Part shown: piece after piece, positions 25,655 through 38,872 of the stretch
Layout: each line of letters starts with the position of its first letter
Position numbering within the stretch: the stretch's first letter is position 1
Assembly: GCF_006345805.1 (NCBI RefSeq)
Contig: NC_043019.1
Coordinates: forward strand, 17,545,360-17,609,359
Reading direction: 5' to 3'
Length of the DNA: 64,000 nucleotides
Source: Octopus sinensis
Lineage: Eukaryota
Notes under the pieces: model-generated
Told to the model about the DNA's origin: nothing
Seen by the model: the letters and a program-made list of their open reading frames with translations, nothing else
Databases searched by the model: none
Translations under genes and position numbers: made by a program

Positions 25655-25860
25655 CAGTGAGTCGGCTGAATTGTTATCACGCTGGACACATTACTTAGTG
25701 GCATTTCTTCCGACTTGATGTTCTGAGTTCAAATGCCACCAGGGTTGACTTTGCCATTCATCTTTTTGGGGTCAAAATAACTATCATTTAAGTACAGGGG
25801 TTGATGTAACCAACTTGCCCCTCCTCTGAAATTGCTGGCCTTGTGCCAAAATTTGAGATT
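25655..25860 (+). mobile_element. SINE family C, diverged copy
   Basis: gagtcggctgaattgttatcacgctgg...gttctgagttcaaat...gactttgcc match. Confidence 0.65.
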
Positions 25861-26471
25861 AGCATTCTTTTACAGATCAATTTTCATAACCATTTAAGAG
25901 AGAATGTTACAGGGTATTTACTTGAATTTATTAATTTTGCTGCTGAAATTGTAAAAATTGCAATTTCATGATAAGGGCCTTTTGAAAAGTAGGAATATTT
26001 AATGAATTTATTGTCCCCATTCATATAATGGCTTTCAGTAGACTTTTTTGTTCATATAAACCAACAGAGAGAATATGTGAAACTGTGTTGGCAGGTCATG
26101 GCTTGTAGAGCCATCGAACAAAATGCCTTTGCAATATTTAGTTACCACCCTTCATGGTTCTGAGTTCTATTCCTGCTGTAGCTGACTTAAATTCTTCTGG
26201 GGCCAATAAAATAAACACCAATTAAGTAGTGGGAGCAATGTAATTGATTGCTGACTGCTGCTGCTGTGTGTCACCTGTCCATTGTAGCCCCTGGCCAGTA
26301 GATTATTGATGAACAGGTGCTGAATAATGTACACTCACAGGGGCCCACAGCCATCAGATCCATTCCACCTCCCCAAAAATGTGCAACAAAGCACTTGTTG
26401 GCATTGATTTTAACTCTCTTGAGAGAGTAACCATTCTAAGTGCAGCTGACAAAGAACCTAACTGAGTTTTT

Positions 26472-26764
26472 TTGTTCCTTCTCAAGCCATGCCTGGCTCA
26501 TAAGGACCGGTTTCCTTGGTGTATAGGTTCCCCACCTGGACGGGACGCCGGTCCGTCGCAGGTGAGTTGCTAGATGTAGGAGGAAATAGTGAAAGAAAGT
26601 TGTGGTGAAAGAGTCAGCAGAAGTTTGCCATTACCTTCTTCCGGAGTCGCGTGGAGCTTAGGTGTTTTTGCTCATAAACACACACACCGCCTGGTCTGAG
26701 ATTCGAACCCGTGATCCCTTGACTGCGAGTCCGCTGCTCTAACCACTAGGCCATGTGCCTCCAC
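26472..26764 (-). mobile_element. SINE family B variant (same tRNA head, different 3' half)
   Basis: Reverse-complement head; flanking acctaa(c/t)tgagt near-duplication. Confidence 0.75.
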
Positions 26765-28047
26765 TACCTAATTGAGTGCAGCAGTAAATAGACATAAGGT
26801 TAGTGCATAACATTTTGAGGACAGTTATTTTGTCTCAATATGTATTTGATAAGAATTTTCCACATTGCTACATGGTCATGTAGCTGTTGGGAAGGGAGTT
26901 AATTGATTCAGTTCCAGTATTTGACTTGTGCGTAACTATTTTAATTACCCCACCCCCTCAAACAATTAAAGGCAAACCGAATCTTAGCAGGACAGGAATA
27001 TTGAGAGATATTGAGAGGTGTTTATTGTTTGGTGCTTAGTCTAAATACCTCTGGCTGTTTTTGTTTGGATCAAGAGTTTGTTTTACATTCTACATGACCC
27101 TTAGGGGTCCACCTAAGATTTTGTTAAAATTTATGAGTAATAAATTGGTTATACTACTACTACTACTACTACTACAATACACAAAATATTTAAACAGTTT
27201 TTGTTTTTTTACAATTCCTAATAATATTCAATTATAAAAATATAGAATTTTTTAAGCATTGAATGGTGTGAAATGGGAATCAAGGAGATCCCTAGGAAAA
27301 AAATGGTTGAGAACCACTGGTCAAGATAATATTAGGTATTTAGTATAAATATTGGTATGTATTTAGTCTGATGCTCTGGTACTCCACTTCCTTTTTGGAT
27401 AATTATAATTTATAATAATTTGATGTTTTTTTAAAATAAAATAGAGAAAAATTATGTTGCTGAGTCAGGGATTGAAGTTTGTCTCATTCTATAGATATTA
27501 GCATAGGTTTAGAATACAGTTTGATGGTGGATTATGGGTAATTGTTTAGTGTTCTTGACTCCTACTAAATATGTATTTCTTTTTAAAATTTACACTTAAA
27601 GGAACAGTATCTTATAAATGGGACTTTTTTTTGGTGTTTGATACTTTTTGATTCTAAATGGTTTTCTGTGTAAAGTTCCGATCACGAATCTGAATTTCTA
27701 ATCAGAACATTCCATTGTGTGATAATCATTAAACTCGCTTTAATTGAAATTTTACTTTTTATTCATACTTCATTTATTATTTTTTTTATTGAAAATGGTT
27801 GCTAGAATAATTTTCTCATTGCTTTGTAATTTTGTTAAATATCAAACAGGTAAAGTACAGAAGTTTTAAGTTTTGTTTCAAAAAGGGTACAAAAATCAGC
27901 AAAAATATATATTATGATGTTTAGTTGTTTAAATGAAGGAAAAATCATTTACAACATGGCATGGGCTTTAGAATTCCTTCTCCATGAAATTTCTGATTAA
28001 TCAATGTGTTGTCCTTTACAATTATAGTAAAGATTTCTCATTACTTT

Positions 28048-28101
<54 letters not shown>

Positions 28102-28823
28102 TTAATTATCTTTGTTTTGTAATTTATGCATTTTGTCCTTGGAAAGATTATTTCTAATTAGCTATAAAATAATTTCTTACCTCTGAAAAACAAAAATTCC
28201 ATATATCATTATTCAGAGAATGGTTAATTTCTATTGAATTTCAGATACAATTTGATCAGGGTTTAATTTTCTACAAAGGTCTTATCTTTACCGTATTGAT
28301 GTATTTGTACATTATAATCCAACAGTATCTGTAATAAATATGATAACCTGACAGGTTGTCAACTATTTGAAACTAGAAGGAAGCTTTTAATGGACAAAAT
28401 TGCAAAATGTCTTCTTAGTTATTTTATTTAAATGTATTAGATGTTAAAGCTAATATGAATTAACAGATATATTAAATTTCATTTTGATTGTCCTGAAAAC
28501 AGTCAATGCTGGCATTTGTTTCTTAGTGCTTTTATTTTTTTTAAATAAGTGTGCAAAATATTTCATTTCAGGCAGTCCGAAATAAAGAAATGTATTTTTA
28601 TTTGCCATCTTATCATTTTGTTTCATTCCATTTATTATTGCTTTGGTCACCTTTTGTGTGAAATACAGAATCCACAGCATTCATTTATTCCAGATTAGAC
28701 TTCTGTAAAACTATTCCAGAAACAGTTTTATACTAATGAAACCGCATTGTTGTTAAATGAATAAATTTTTAACTCCTTCATTTCTGTTGATAGTTCTGAT
28801 AATACTTTTGATTCCTCTAACAG

Positions 28824-28856
28824 CAAACCAACAAGAACTCCTGGATTTTCATCACG
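28824..28856 (+). CDS. TMCC: Candidate 33-nt symmetric microexon of TMCC (G-KPTRTPGFSS-R)
   Basis: cctctaacag|CAAACC...TCACG|gtgagt. Length is a multiple of 3, phase 2-2 like the preceding exon end, and it has no stop. Lies in TE-free sequence. Confidence 0.55.
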
Positions 28857-29646
28857 GTGAGTGTTTCACTGTTAGGCTGGTTGCTTTGATTGCCCAGTTT
28901 AACAAATGTTTTCCATAAGCATTGTCACTGAAAACTCACTCATTGCACTTTTCTCTCGTTTGGATTGGAAAAGTTTCAAACCAGAATTTCAGTCCTTGTT
29001 TACAGAGTTGAAATATTGTTGGTTTTTGAAAAAAGCTTTCTATATCCCTTCAACTCTTATGGCATCATGCTTTTAATTAATTATCTATCTTGCATCTATC
29101 TTATTTTCATTAGTAAAACTTCTATTCTATATTTATTTTCTTATCTATTAATTAGGAATATTCAGAGGGTGTTTTTTTTCTTCTTTTTACGTCTCCCTAT
29201 ATGTGAACAATCTACTTCAATTTGCCAGCTTTCAAACTTTCTCTTGAATTTTGCTTTTGTCTAAGTATTTGAAAAAAATATATTTTGCTTACTGTAAATG
29301 AAATGATTTGGCAGAATCCTTAGAGCATTGGACAAACAGCTTTGTGGATTTTATTCCTGCTCTTTATATTCAGAGCTCATACCCTGCCAGGGTCACTTTG
29401 CCTTTTATCTTTTTGAAGTTAATAAAATAAAGTACAACTTAAGAATCGTTAGCCTGCCAGGCAAAATGCTTAGGGGCATTTTGTCTGTCTTTACATTCTG
29501 AGTTCAAATTCTGCCAAGATCAACTTAGCCTTTTATCCTTTCGGAGTCAATAAAATAAGTACCAGTTATGTACTAGTGTTGCTGTAAAGGACTAGTCCCC
29601 TTCCCCAAATTTCAGGCCTTGTGCCTATAGTAGAAAGTATTTTCAC

Positions 29647-29702
<56 letters not shown>

Positions 29703-29776
29703 CATATTCATACAACAGATTAAACTGTTGGAAAGGAAAATTTCCTGACATCAGGCTATTATTATTATTATTACTA

Positions 29777-29811
<35 letters not shown>

Positions 29812-30242
29812 TGTTATTAATAATAATTGTAAGGGTGGTGAGCTGGCAGAACTGTTAGCTTGCTGGGTGAAATGTTTAGCAGTATTTCTTCTGTCTTTTT
29901 GTTCTGAGTTCAAATCCTGCTGAAGTTGACTTTGCCTTTCATCCTTTTTGGGGCTGAAAAAATGAGTACCAGCTGAGCTCTGAGGCCTGATGTAATTGAC
30001 TTCCCTCTGCTCCCGAACTTGCTGGTTTTGTGCCAAAATTTGAAACCATTACCATTATTAAACATTAGCATGCCAGGCAAAACGCTTAGCAGCATTTTGT
30101 CTGTTTTCACATTCTGAGTTCAAATTCCGTCAAAGTTGACTTTGCCTTTCATTGTTTTGGAGCCAATAATATAAGAATCAGTTGATGTAATCAACTTGCC
30201 CCCTCTCCTGAAATTTCAGGCCTTGTTCCTATAATAGAATGG

Positions 30243-30286
<44 letters not shown>

Positions 30287-30825
30287 CATTCCATATTCAT
30301 ACAACAGATTAAACTGTTGGAAAGGAAAATTTCCTGACATCAGGCTATTATTATTATTATTACTATTGTTATTATTATTATTATTATTATTATTTGTTAT
30401 TAATAATAATTGTAAGGGTGGTGAGCTGGCAGAACTGTTAGCTTGCTGGGTGAAATGTTTAGCAGTATTTCTTCTGTCTTTTTGTTCTGAGTTCAAATCC
30501 TGCTGAAGTTGACTTTGCCTTTCATCCTTTTTGGGGCTGAAAAAATGAGTACCAGCTGAGCTCTGAGGCCTGATGTAATTGACTTCCCTCTGCTCCCGAA
30601 CTTGCTGGTTTTGTGCCAAAATTTGAAACCATTACCATTATTAAACATTAGCATGCCAGGCAAAACGCTTAGCAGCATTTTGTCTGTTTTCACATTCTGA
30701 GTTCAAATTCCGTCAAAGTTGACTTTGCCTTTCATTGTTTTGGAGCCAATAATATAAGAATCAGTTGATGTAATCAACTTGCCCCCTCTCCTGAAATTTC
30801 AGGCCTTGTTCCTATAATAGAATGG

Positions 30826-30866
<41 letters not shown>

Positions 30867-30945
30867 CATTCCATATTCATACAACAGATTAAACTGTTGG
30901 AAAGGAAAATTTCCTGACATCAGGCTATTATTATTATTATTACTA

Positions 30946-30983
<38 letters not shown>

Positions 30984-30985
30984 TG
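29647..30985 (+). repeat. Tandem duplication, period about 583 bp, about 2.3 copies; unit = (ATT)n + spacer + (ATT)n + two SINE C derivatives
   Basis: Identical anchors recur at a 583-bp offset (29838/30421; 30121/30704). Copies differ mainly in ATT number. Confidence 0.9.
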
Positions 30986-33111
30986 CAAACTGTGGTACTG
31001 CCAGAGAGTTGAAGTGGTTTACAGATAGTTTTTTTTTTCTTTAAGATCTGTTGTTGCTGCCTTTTAATGATATAAAACTGCTCTCACCCCCCTCTTTTAG
31101 TCAATTAAACTAGCAACTAATCTCTACCGATATGTCTGGCATGCAGTAATATTTTTATACTATATTTATTGTGCATCTTTTAATATTAATCAACAGTCCA
31201 TTTTCTCATTTAGTCTTTTTATGAAATTTTAAAGTAATATTTGGAAAAAAAAAAAAAAAAGAAATTATATAAATAAAATTTCTAAGATGAGCTGCCAAAC
31301 CTTTGAAATGAATTTTGAAGCTATGAATTACATTTTTTATTTCTATTTTTGGCTTACTTATCATTATCATAATTCCAAGCAAGCTTCTAGCTGATCAATT
31401 CAGTATCATTCAGCTTCTATTTTTTGCCTTTGTCTCCCTCTGGTGGCAAATTTTGCTATTTTCTAGTGCATTTTAAAGCTGAATATCACTTCTTTTGTAG
31501 ACATTTATTTCTTGAATATCTTTTAAATATATTTTCTTCTAGTGTGTATTTCAAAATCTTTTAGGCAGCTCCTAATTCAGATGTTTCTTAAAGATGCTAA
31601 ATCAATGTGCAAAAAAAAAAAAAAAAAAAAAAAAAAAGAATCACAATTTGTAAATTTAATCATTCAAATAACTTTGCATAACAAAAGTTGACTGTGAAAT
31701 TACATATGAAAAACCAAAACTGAATCATACAAAGTGACTCTCAAATAATGAAAATATAAAGGTGTTACAATTCATATTGCTGATATTGTTAGAATGAATT
31801 GCTGATATTGCCTGTAAATTTTCTATTCAGTGTTATTTTAAAACCTTTCTTTACTATTTTCCCTCAGTGCACTTCTTATTTTAATCCTGTTGTGTCACTC
31901 AGTTTCAATGGCCTCTTTCACAGATTTTGTTTCCATTCTAATCTTTCAGTAGACTTAAATTCTGCTGCATTCACCTATTTCACCAATCTTAGCTTCAGTT
32001 GTAGCTGGGGACTGTGATTTCTCCAGAGTCTGTTTTGATACCTTAAATTTCTTTGTTATTTACTGAATTCTTAAATATTTTCAAATGTTTTGTGATATGT
32101 TGCTGTGTCTCTTTTTCTTATAATCAATTGTAGTTTGTTTCTTTTCTTTTTTTTGTGTGTGTGTGGGTATTTTTGTTTACATTTTATGCTTTTGTTTTGT
32201 TTATACTGCATTGCATGTTAAGACCCCCACCACCAAACTAACACAACACAGGGGAGGGGATTAATGAGGGGAGATCTCGGGCCAACCACATTTCAGGTTG
32301 GATGATGTTTAATTGAACACTTCTGTTAAGTTACTCAAATAATCTCCTTTACCAAACTCCTTACTCTCTTTATATAATGATGAAGAGACCCCTTGGTTCA
32401 AGGTTTCGATCTTAGAACCTATTTCCAAAATGAAAATATGACAGCCTTATCTAGAAAAGCTGATTAATGATGTAGAATGGGTCTAATTACTCATTAACAA
32501 TGAAATACCTAGCACTGTAATCTTAATATTCACCTTTGTCCTCAACAGGTTTTTAACAAAATTTTGTGCCAATATTTCGATTATTTTGGAAATAATTCAG
32601 GTTTGCCAGAAATTTAGTAAAATAGCTGACATTTGTTGTTAGGTTGATGTTTGAAATCTAAATGGAAGGTTTATATTTAAATATGAACTCTTTAAGATAA
32701 AGCATTTTGTGTCATAGAGCTAAAGGCATCCTAAACAGGTTGGTGTAGAAAAAAGGTTGGACTGATTCTAGTCTTAAGCTAAAAGATGTATAGGAGTTGG
32801 TTAGTTTATCTCTGGGTCAGTCAAGATCAAAAACATTCTAGCTCTGATGTCTTCTTTTAAGACTGTATGGGTGTGATATGAGAGAGATTTGGCTGCTGTT
32901 TCTAGCAGGCCAAGAGACTACATTGAAGCTCAGTGTACACACACACACACATGTAACAACTATATATAAAGGAAAGATAAAAGGAACTTTATTGAATTCT
33001 TCTTCTTGTAGTGAGTTCAGAATCTATTTCCTATTTTCAGTTTTTGTTTGTTGATGGTTAAATTCTAACTTAAGATTTTTGTTTGAATACATTTTGGGAT
33101 CCTCCTGTATA

Positions 33112-33482
33112 CTTTGTAAGGGAAATAACTATATAAGCATTTTTAGAGAAGTAAAGTATAATAGCCATCTCAATATGGCTAACCACAAAGGGGTGGGGTG
33201 AAACTGTAGCTTTTTACGTTCTGAGATTTAATAATAAATTTTTAGAGAGTTACTTCCCTTATATATGCCAAAAATGCATTAAAAATGGGAAAAATTGATG
33301 GTAAATTTTTTTTTAAATCGTAGACTCATCGTAGACGTGCGCTAATACCTAGAAGGGCTTGATATGAATCACGACTATAAGATACCAAGTTTTGGTTAAA
33401 CTGCACCGCAAAATGTGGGAGTAGTTAGGAATCTAAATCGTAGGAGACAGACAGCACACAACCTCACTTTTATATATAAAGA
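33112..33482 (-). mobile_element. Non-autonomous Helitron-like element, 3' end truncated
   Basis: Minus strand starts A|TCTTTATATATAAAAGTGAGGTTGTGTGCTGTCTGTC, the same 5' architecture as 62893-63252. Confidence 0.5.
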
Positions 33483-34199
33483 TTGTTCTGATACTTATTA
33501 TACAAAACTAAATAATGAATTATAAGATAAAGAGCTTAAATCAAAACAAATACAGTAAACATTGCCACTTGTTTTCACACCATAATGAACTGCTTATGAT
33601 AGGTTCATTGTGTTAAAAGAAAAAAATCAGTGAAGAGCCTTGTGGTTTGTGTAAGGGACAGAATTTATAGCATTAAAGAAAGAGATTAAGAGTGATTGAT
33701 GAGATAGATAGATACGCAGTGGCCTAAAAGGTTTTAGACTCCTGTGGTTATTTTGAAATGGTTTATAAGTTATTTTAGTAATCTAATCTGTTAGCAAAAA
33801 ATGTTTAATAGATTCAACTGGAATGAGTGAAAGAAGTTTGAAACTAGTTTTATATGACAGAACAGATGGATAGGATCAACATTAAAATAAATTGCTTAGT
33901 CGAGAGGAAGATCAGTTTCCATGAACTAACAGCTTAGCCTGAATGCTGGTAATGAAGCGGACTATTTTAAAGACACCCAATGATCAATCAGGTGTTGGTG
34001 GTGTTACACCTGGAGATGGATTAATTCTGCCATGCATTTTGGCTGTTCTAGGATTTTAACTCAGAATGCACAGAGCCAGAATAAATACTGCAAGGCATCT
34101 TATATGGCACCCTGGCACTTCCACAGTCCACCACCCTTGACTGGTACTTTATTTACTGACCGCCAAAAGGATGAATGAAAGACTAAAACTGACTTCTAC

Positions 34200-35900
34200 A
34201 GGATTTCAACTCAGAACACCAAAGTAAACAAAGGACCAGCAGAGATGGTATTAAGAGTGATTGATGGCATTAAGAGTGATTGATGAAGCTGGAGAGGAAT
34301 GTTTACAACAACAGTGTAATGAACCCTCATTTCAACAGATTAATGCCTGTTTATATTCCCCATTAATCATCACTGTAAAGCAGTACATGGAAGATATTTG
34401 GGAAGTAAAGGAAACTGAAGCAATGAGTGCCAAAATGGGTTTTGAAAAGAGAGAGAGAGAGAGAAAGATTGCTGGTTTATAGAAGACTGTCATCTGTGTA
34501 ACAATGCATTTCACACAAACAAGTAACCCACTGTGCATCTCACCAAGAAATGTGAAAAAGATAGAAATAACTTTTGGAGATAGTAAAAAGAAAACTCCTC
34601 ATCACAAACTTATCACCCTCAAACATGAGTAAAAGTTGTCAGCGTTCAGCTTCTGCCTCGTAAAACATGAACAAGGAAGCAGAAGCCTAACGTTGATTCA
34701 GAGAGTTTTCGAATGTCACATCATGTCTCTTTGGCAACAGCTTTTAGCTACTAAATGTCAAAATGCATCTTTTGACCAAGTCTTCATATACTAGACCAGT
34801 GGTTTTCAACCAGGGTTCCGCCAGCACAGTCCAGGGGTTCCGCAAGAAGTTACAAAACTGCTAAAATCGGCAGTAATTTTTAATTCTCCTGTGCAGATAT
34901 GTGTGCATAAGACTATTAAATTATTGCAGAGGGGTTCCTCGAGCCAGTGGAATGTTTCCTTGGGGTTCCGCTCCAGCAAAAAGTTTGAAAAGCACTGTAC
35001 TAGACAAATAACATTATGAAGCATGGAAAGCAGCTCCTCAACAAATATTCTGTCTGATAACCTCAAGCATTTGCTCAGAGATGTCACACAACTCAGCTGC
35101 AATGTATCATCAGATGAAAAGACGAGTGCATATGAGCAGAAGATCTTACATTAGAATATGTTAGCAGAAAGATCCAGGATGATAGTAAATTTGATATTCA
35201 GTGTTGTCTATCTCGGGTCAAAATCTGGATTATTAACTCTCACTTTGAAGGGCATGTGTTTGCAATCCAGGAATAAGAAATAACTACCAAATCCCTGATG
35301 CACAAAAGGGATAGAGACACAAGAAAACACTGGAATGTGGTAACTGATACAGACTTTGTGGGGTTAACACCAAAGATTCACCTTCATCATAAGCAGTTGT
35401 CTGAAAATGTCATTGCACTGTTATCTACTAATAAGTCATGATGCTTAGACCGAGACACTGTATAATGAGATTTGTCAGAAGAATAATTCCAAGACCAAAG
35501 ATATAAGATTTCACAATGTGGTAGAGATCATAACCATTCATAATATGAAAGAGTGTTGGTGGAATATCTCTGAGAAAACTTCAATGCAAACATATTGGAC
35601 CAGACATTGTAATTTGGGATGGAGGAGAGAAACTGTGTAGAGTGATGGAACTGAAGACTGGTGAAAAAGAAAACACTTATAAATGAATTGTTGAAACATT
35701 TACAGAATCTCCTTGTAAACTACAACTTTGGATATATACCCATAATTATTGGGGTACTTGGATATGTACCCAACTATCTCAGCACTAATTTTGAGAAATT
35801 AGAGTTCTCAAACCTGAAAGGAGAAAGCTAATTAGAAGACTACCGATAAAATCCATCAATGGAGCTGTCTAAATAAGGAAAACTTGTGAAAAGTTGAGCA
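34200..35900 (+). mobile_element. Decayed R4/Dong-like non-LTR retrotransposon 3' region (Zn-knuckle plus restriction-like endonuclease)
   Basis: Broken frames give SHFEGHVFAIQE..ITTKSL, PDIVIWDGGEKLCRV, EKENTY and IPIIIGVLGYVP, typical of RLE-bearing R4-clade elements. Left boundary uncertain. Confidence 0.55.
34797..34997. mobile_element. hAT (Charlie-like) MITE with perfect 8-bp TSD
   Basis: TIR CAGTGGTTTTCAAC / GTTTGAAAAGCACTG; TSD TACTAGAC at 34789-34796 and 34998-35005. Confidence 0.9.
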
Positions 35901-36099
35901 CGTAAGTACTTGTCTAGATATACAATTATAAGTACATATACATAAAACAAGACCTACAAATCTTCCTGTGTACTGATGCCAATACTTGTACATATGATGA
36001 TGAAGGCCATTCACTTGTGACCAAGGAAAACCATCACTGACTATTGTACGTTCAGACAAAATTACACTTTATATGTGTGGATTTGCTGGTGACTAATGG

Positions 36100-38100
36100 G
36101 CCCAGCTCTTAATAGACATGTCCACAGATACTGCAGGCAAGACATCCCCCCATTCACTAAACAGGCAGCTCACAAAATGTTTGTTTCTTCGAAAATATCC
36201 ACTCCTTTTTTTACTTGTTTTTTCCATTGGTCATTGCTTTCCCAACTGAGCTTCCATATCTCACATACCTTAGAGATTTTATGCAACCCTTAAATTGCAG
36301 TCATGGTTTCTGCTGGGGTTGCTTCCTACAAACAGGTTTGCCATACAGCATCTGTTTAGGAATCCTCTGATCATTCATTCAAACAAGGAGTCCAGCCCAG
36401 CATGATCAGTGTTTGTGCACCTTTGTCTCAATGCTCAGGGTGTTAGCTCCCATCAAGGTCTCTGTGTCTGTTGTCTGTAAGGACCAGCCAACATTCAGAA
36501 TGTGTCTCAGACATCTCTGATGGAAGTGTTCAAGGGCACATGTTGCCTGTAAAGGGTCCATGTTTCATATAAGTAAATGAGTGATGTCAGCACACACACA
36601 TGGCACATAGCAACTTTTGTGAAGCCATGTTAGGACCAGACACAAGACTCAAGAGTCCTGAAGGGGGACATGTACACATACATGCACAACTACCCTGTTG
36701 ATGTAATTGAAATTCCAATGTAGGATCCTTGGATCTTGGTTAGAAACTGGCTTCTTCTCCATTGGAAAGAAATCTAGAAATTACAACTAAATAACATACA
36801 GGTGTGCATGGTGAAAGTTGATTTGTAACATAGTAAGTGCACTTTTTTGACCCATTTCACTCAAAGAAACATCTTAAGTTTGGTCTCTCCATCACTGATG
36901 ACATCTTATGTGGCTCCTAAGGCCTTCAAAGAACTTACATGTCACACCAACAAGTCTCTCCCCCCACCCACAATAGCAGCAGCAGCAGACCAATCTTCTG
37001 AATGTTGGACCTACACTGCTGAGTGAGTTTATTGGCTGACCCACACACTCTGCTACTCAAGGTGCACAAGAGATCATGCAAGATATCACATTGGTAGACA
37101 GGGGAGGGGCAGATGCCTCCACGACCATGTTTGGGGTTGAGTAGGTCTGCTTTTGACAACCAGAAATGATTATGCTGGTCGCATGAAAGAGACTCTTTTC
37201 TACCCTTCTCAGGAAGAAGTTTCATGTCCTTAATATATTTATATCAATACATTTCAGTTCATTATATGCAACCCCATTGTTATCAAATTCTCTAACACCC
37301 GTTGCAATCAGATTCCTCCATGGCTCCCCCTCCAATGCAAGGTCTTCCCAGGGTTTTAGCATTGATATTGATCTAAGTCACCAAAGTGATCCATGTATAA
37401 GTTTCAGTAAACAGCTCTCTATGAGGCTGCTTCCTCAACACTGGGCTTTATTGAAAGAACACTAGGACTAGTTTAAATAAAATGAACTTGTGACAGGGCT
37501 GTTGAAAGAAAAGCATGTTGCACTTAACAAGTTGCTCTCTTGTTCTGTTCCAGGGTGTGAACATGATAAGCTAGTAAGAGATTTTAAAGAGTGCAAGGCT
37601 CAGTTCCAGGAAGAGATGTTGACAACAAAGGACATCTGGTGGTGAGAAAAGGCCTGTGAAATTCTGGTGCCTGCCGATAAATGAGATTCAAAATCTGTTT
37701 ACCACCAGATTCTCTGTACCATCATCCTCTGCATTGACTGGCAGAGACTGGCAATGCACTGTGATGCGAGCAAGATGAAATCAAGTGGCAGCAATTGAGC
37801 AATGGCTTGAATCGTGAGGCTGTCCTAAGTCCTGCTGAAATCAAAGGGCTTGCATAGGCATCTGTGGTCCATCGGCTTGATGATCCACCTACTGTGATAA
37901 CTACCATGGTGAACTACTAGAGCCCATCTCATTTGAATCTGGTGTTAAATAGAATGATATTGTGCACCCTGCATCGTTTGCCATCTTCTTTGCTGTTGTT
38001 ATCTTGCAAGCCTTTGCACAAAGCAATGCTGATGTCTATATCTGTTACTGTATAACAGAAAAGCTTTCCAAACATTTATTGTTTTACTGAAGTAGCAAAA
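36100..38100 (-). mobile_element. Highly decayed RTE/BovB-like LINE RT remnant
   Basis: Minus strand KGRKESLSCDQHNHFWLSKA resembles the RTE motif KG...SCDNHRGISLLS.AG. Boundaries approximate. Confidence 0.4.
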
Positions 38101-38488
38101 ACCGTCACGGCTCTCATTTGTGATCTCCTTCACACTGACCATTGTGGTCTTGTAACCCACACTGAGGAGGACCTGCAACTCCAGATGGACATTCATATGT
38201 GATGGGCTTTCACAGTTTCCATTTACCAAATTGACTCACAAAGTATTGATCAGCCTGCAGTTGTATTAGAAGATACTTGTCCAAGATGCTGTGCAGTGAG
38301 AGAGAATTCAAGACCATCTGGTGACAATTCAAATTCAGTATCCACACATCTGTGCCTCCAGTGATGAATATTACAGGATTCAGGTATTGTTTATCATAAG
38401 TGTATTACAGTATTTAATTAGTTTATTATCAGTGAGCAGAGTCATGTGATATGGTGAACCAACTGATGTGAATTTTGAGGTAGCTATA

Positions 38489-38872
38489 CTCTTTTACTTG
38501 TTTCAGTCATTTGACTGTGGCCATGCTGGAGCACCGCCTTTAGTCGAGCAACTAAACCCAAGGACTTATTCTTTGTAAGCTCAGTACTTATTCTATTGGT
38601 CTCTTTTGCCGAACCGCTAAGTGACGGGGACATAAACACACCAGCATCGGTTGTCAAGCAATGCTAGGGGGACAAACACAGACACACAAACATACACGCA
38701 CACACACATATATATATACATATATACGACGGGCTTCTTTCAGTTTCACAAGGCATTGGTCGGCCCGGGGCTATAGTAGAAGACACTTGCCCAAGGTGCC
38801 ACGCAGTGGGACTGAACCCTGAACCATGTGGTTGGTTAGCAAGCTACTTACCACACAGCCACTCCTGCGCCT
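38489..38872 (-). mobile_element. SINE family A
   Basis: Reverse-complement consensus match with a small internal deletion. Confidence 0.9.
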
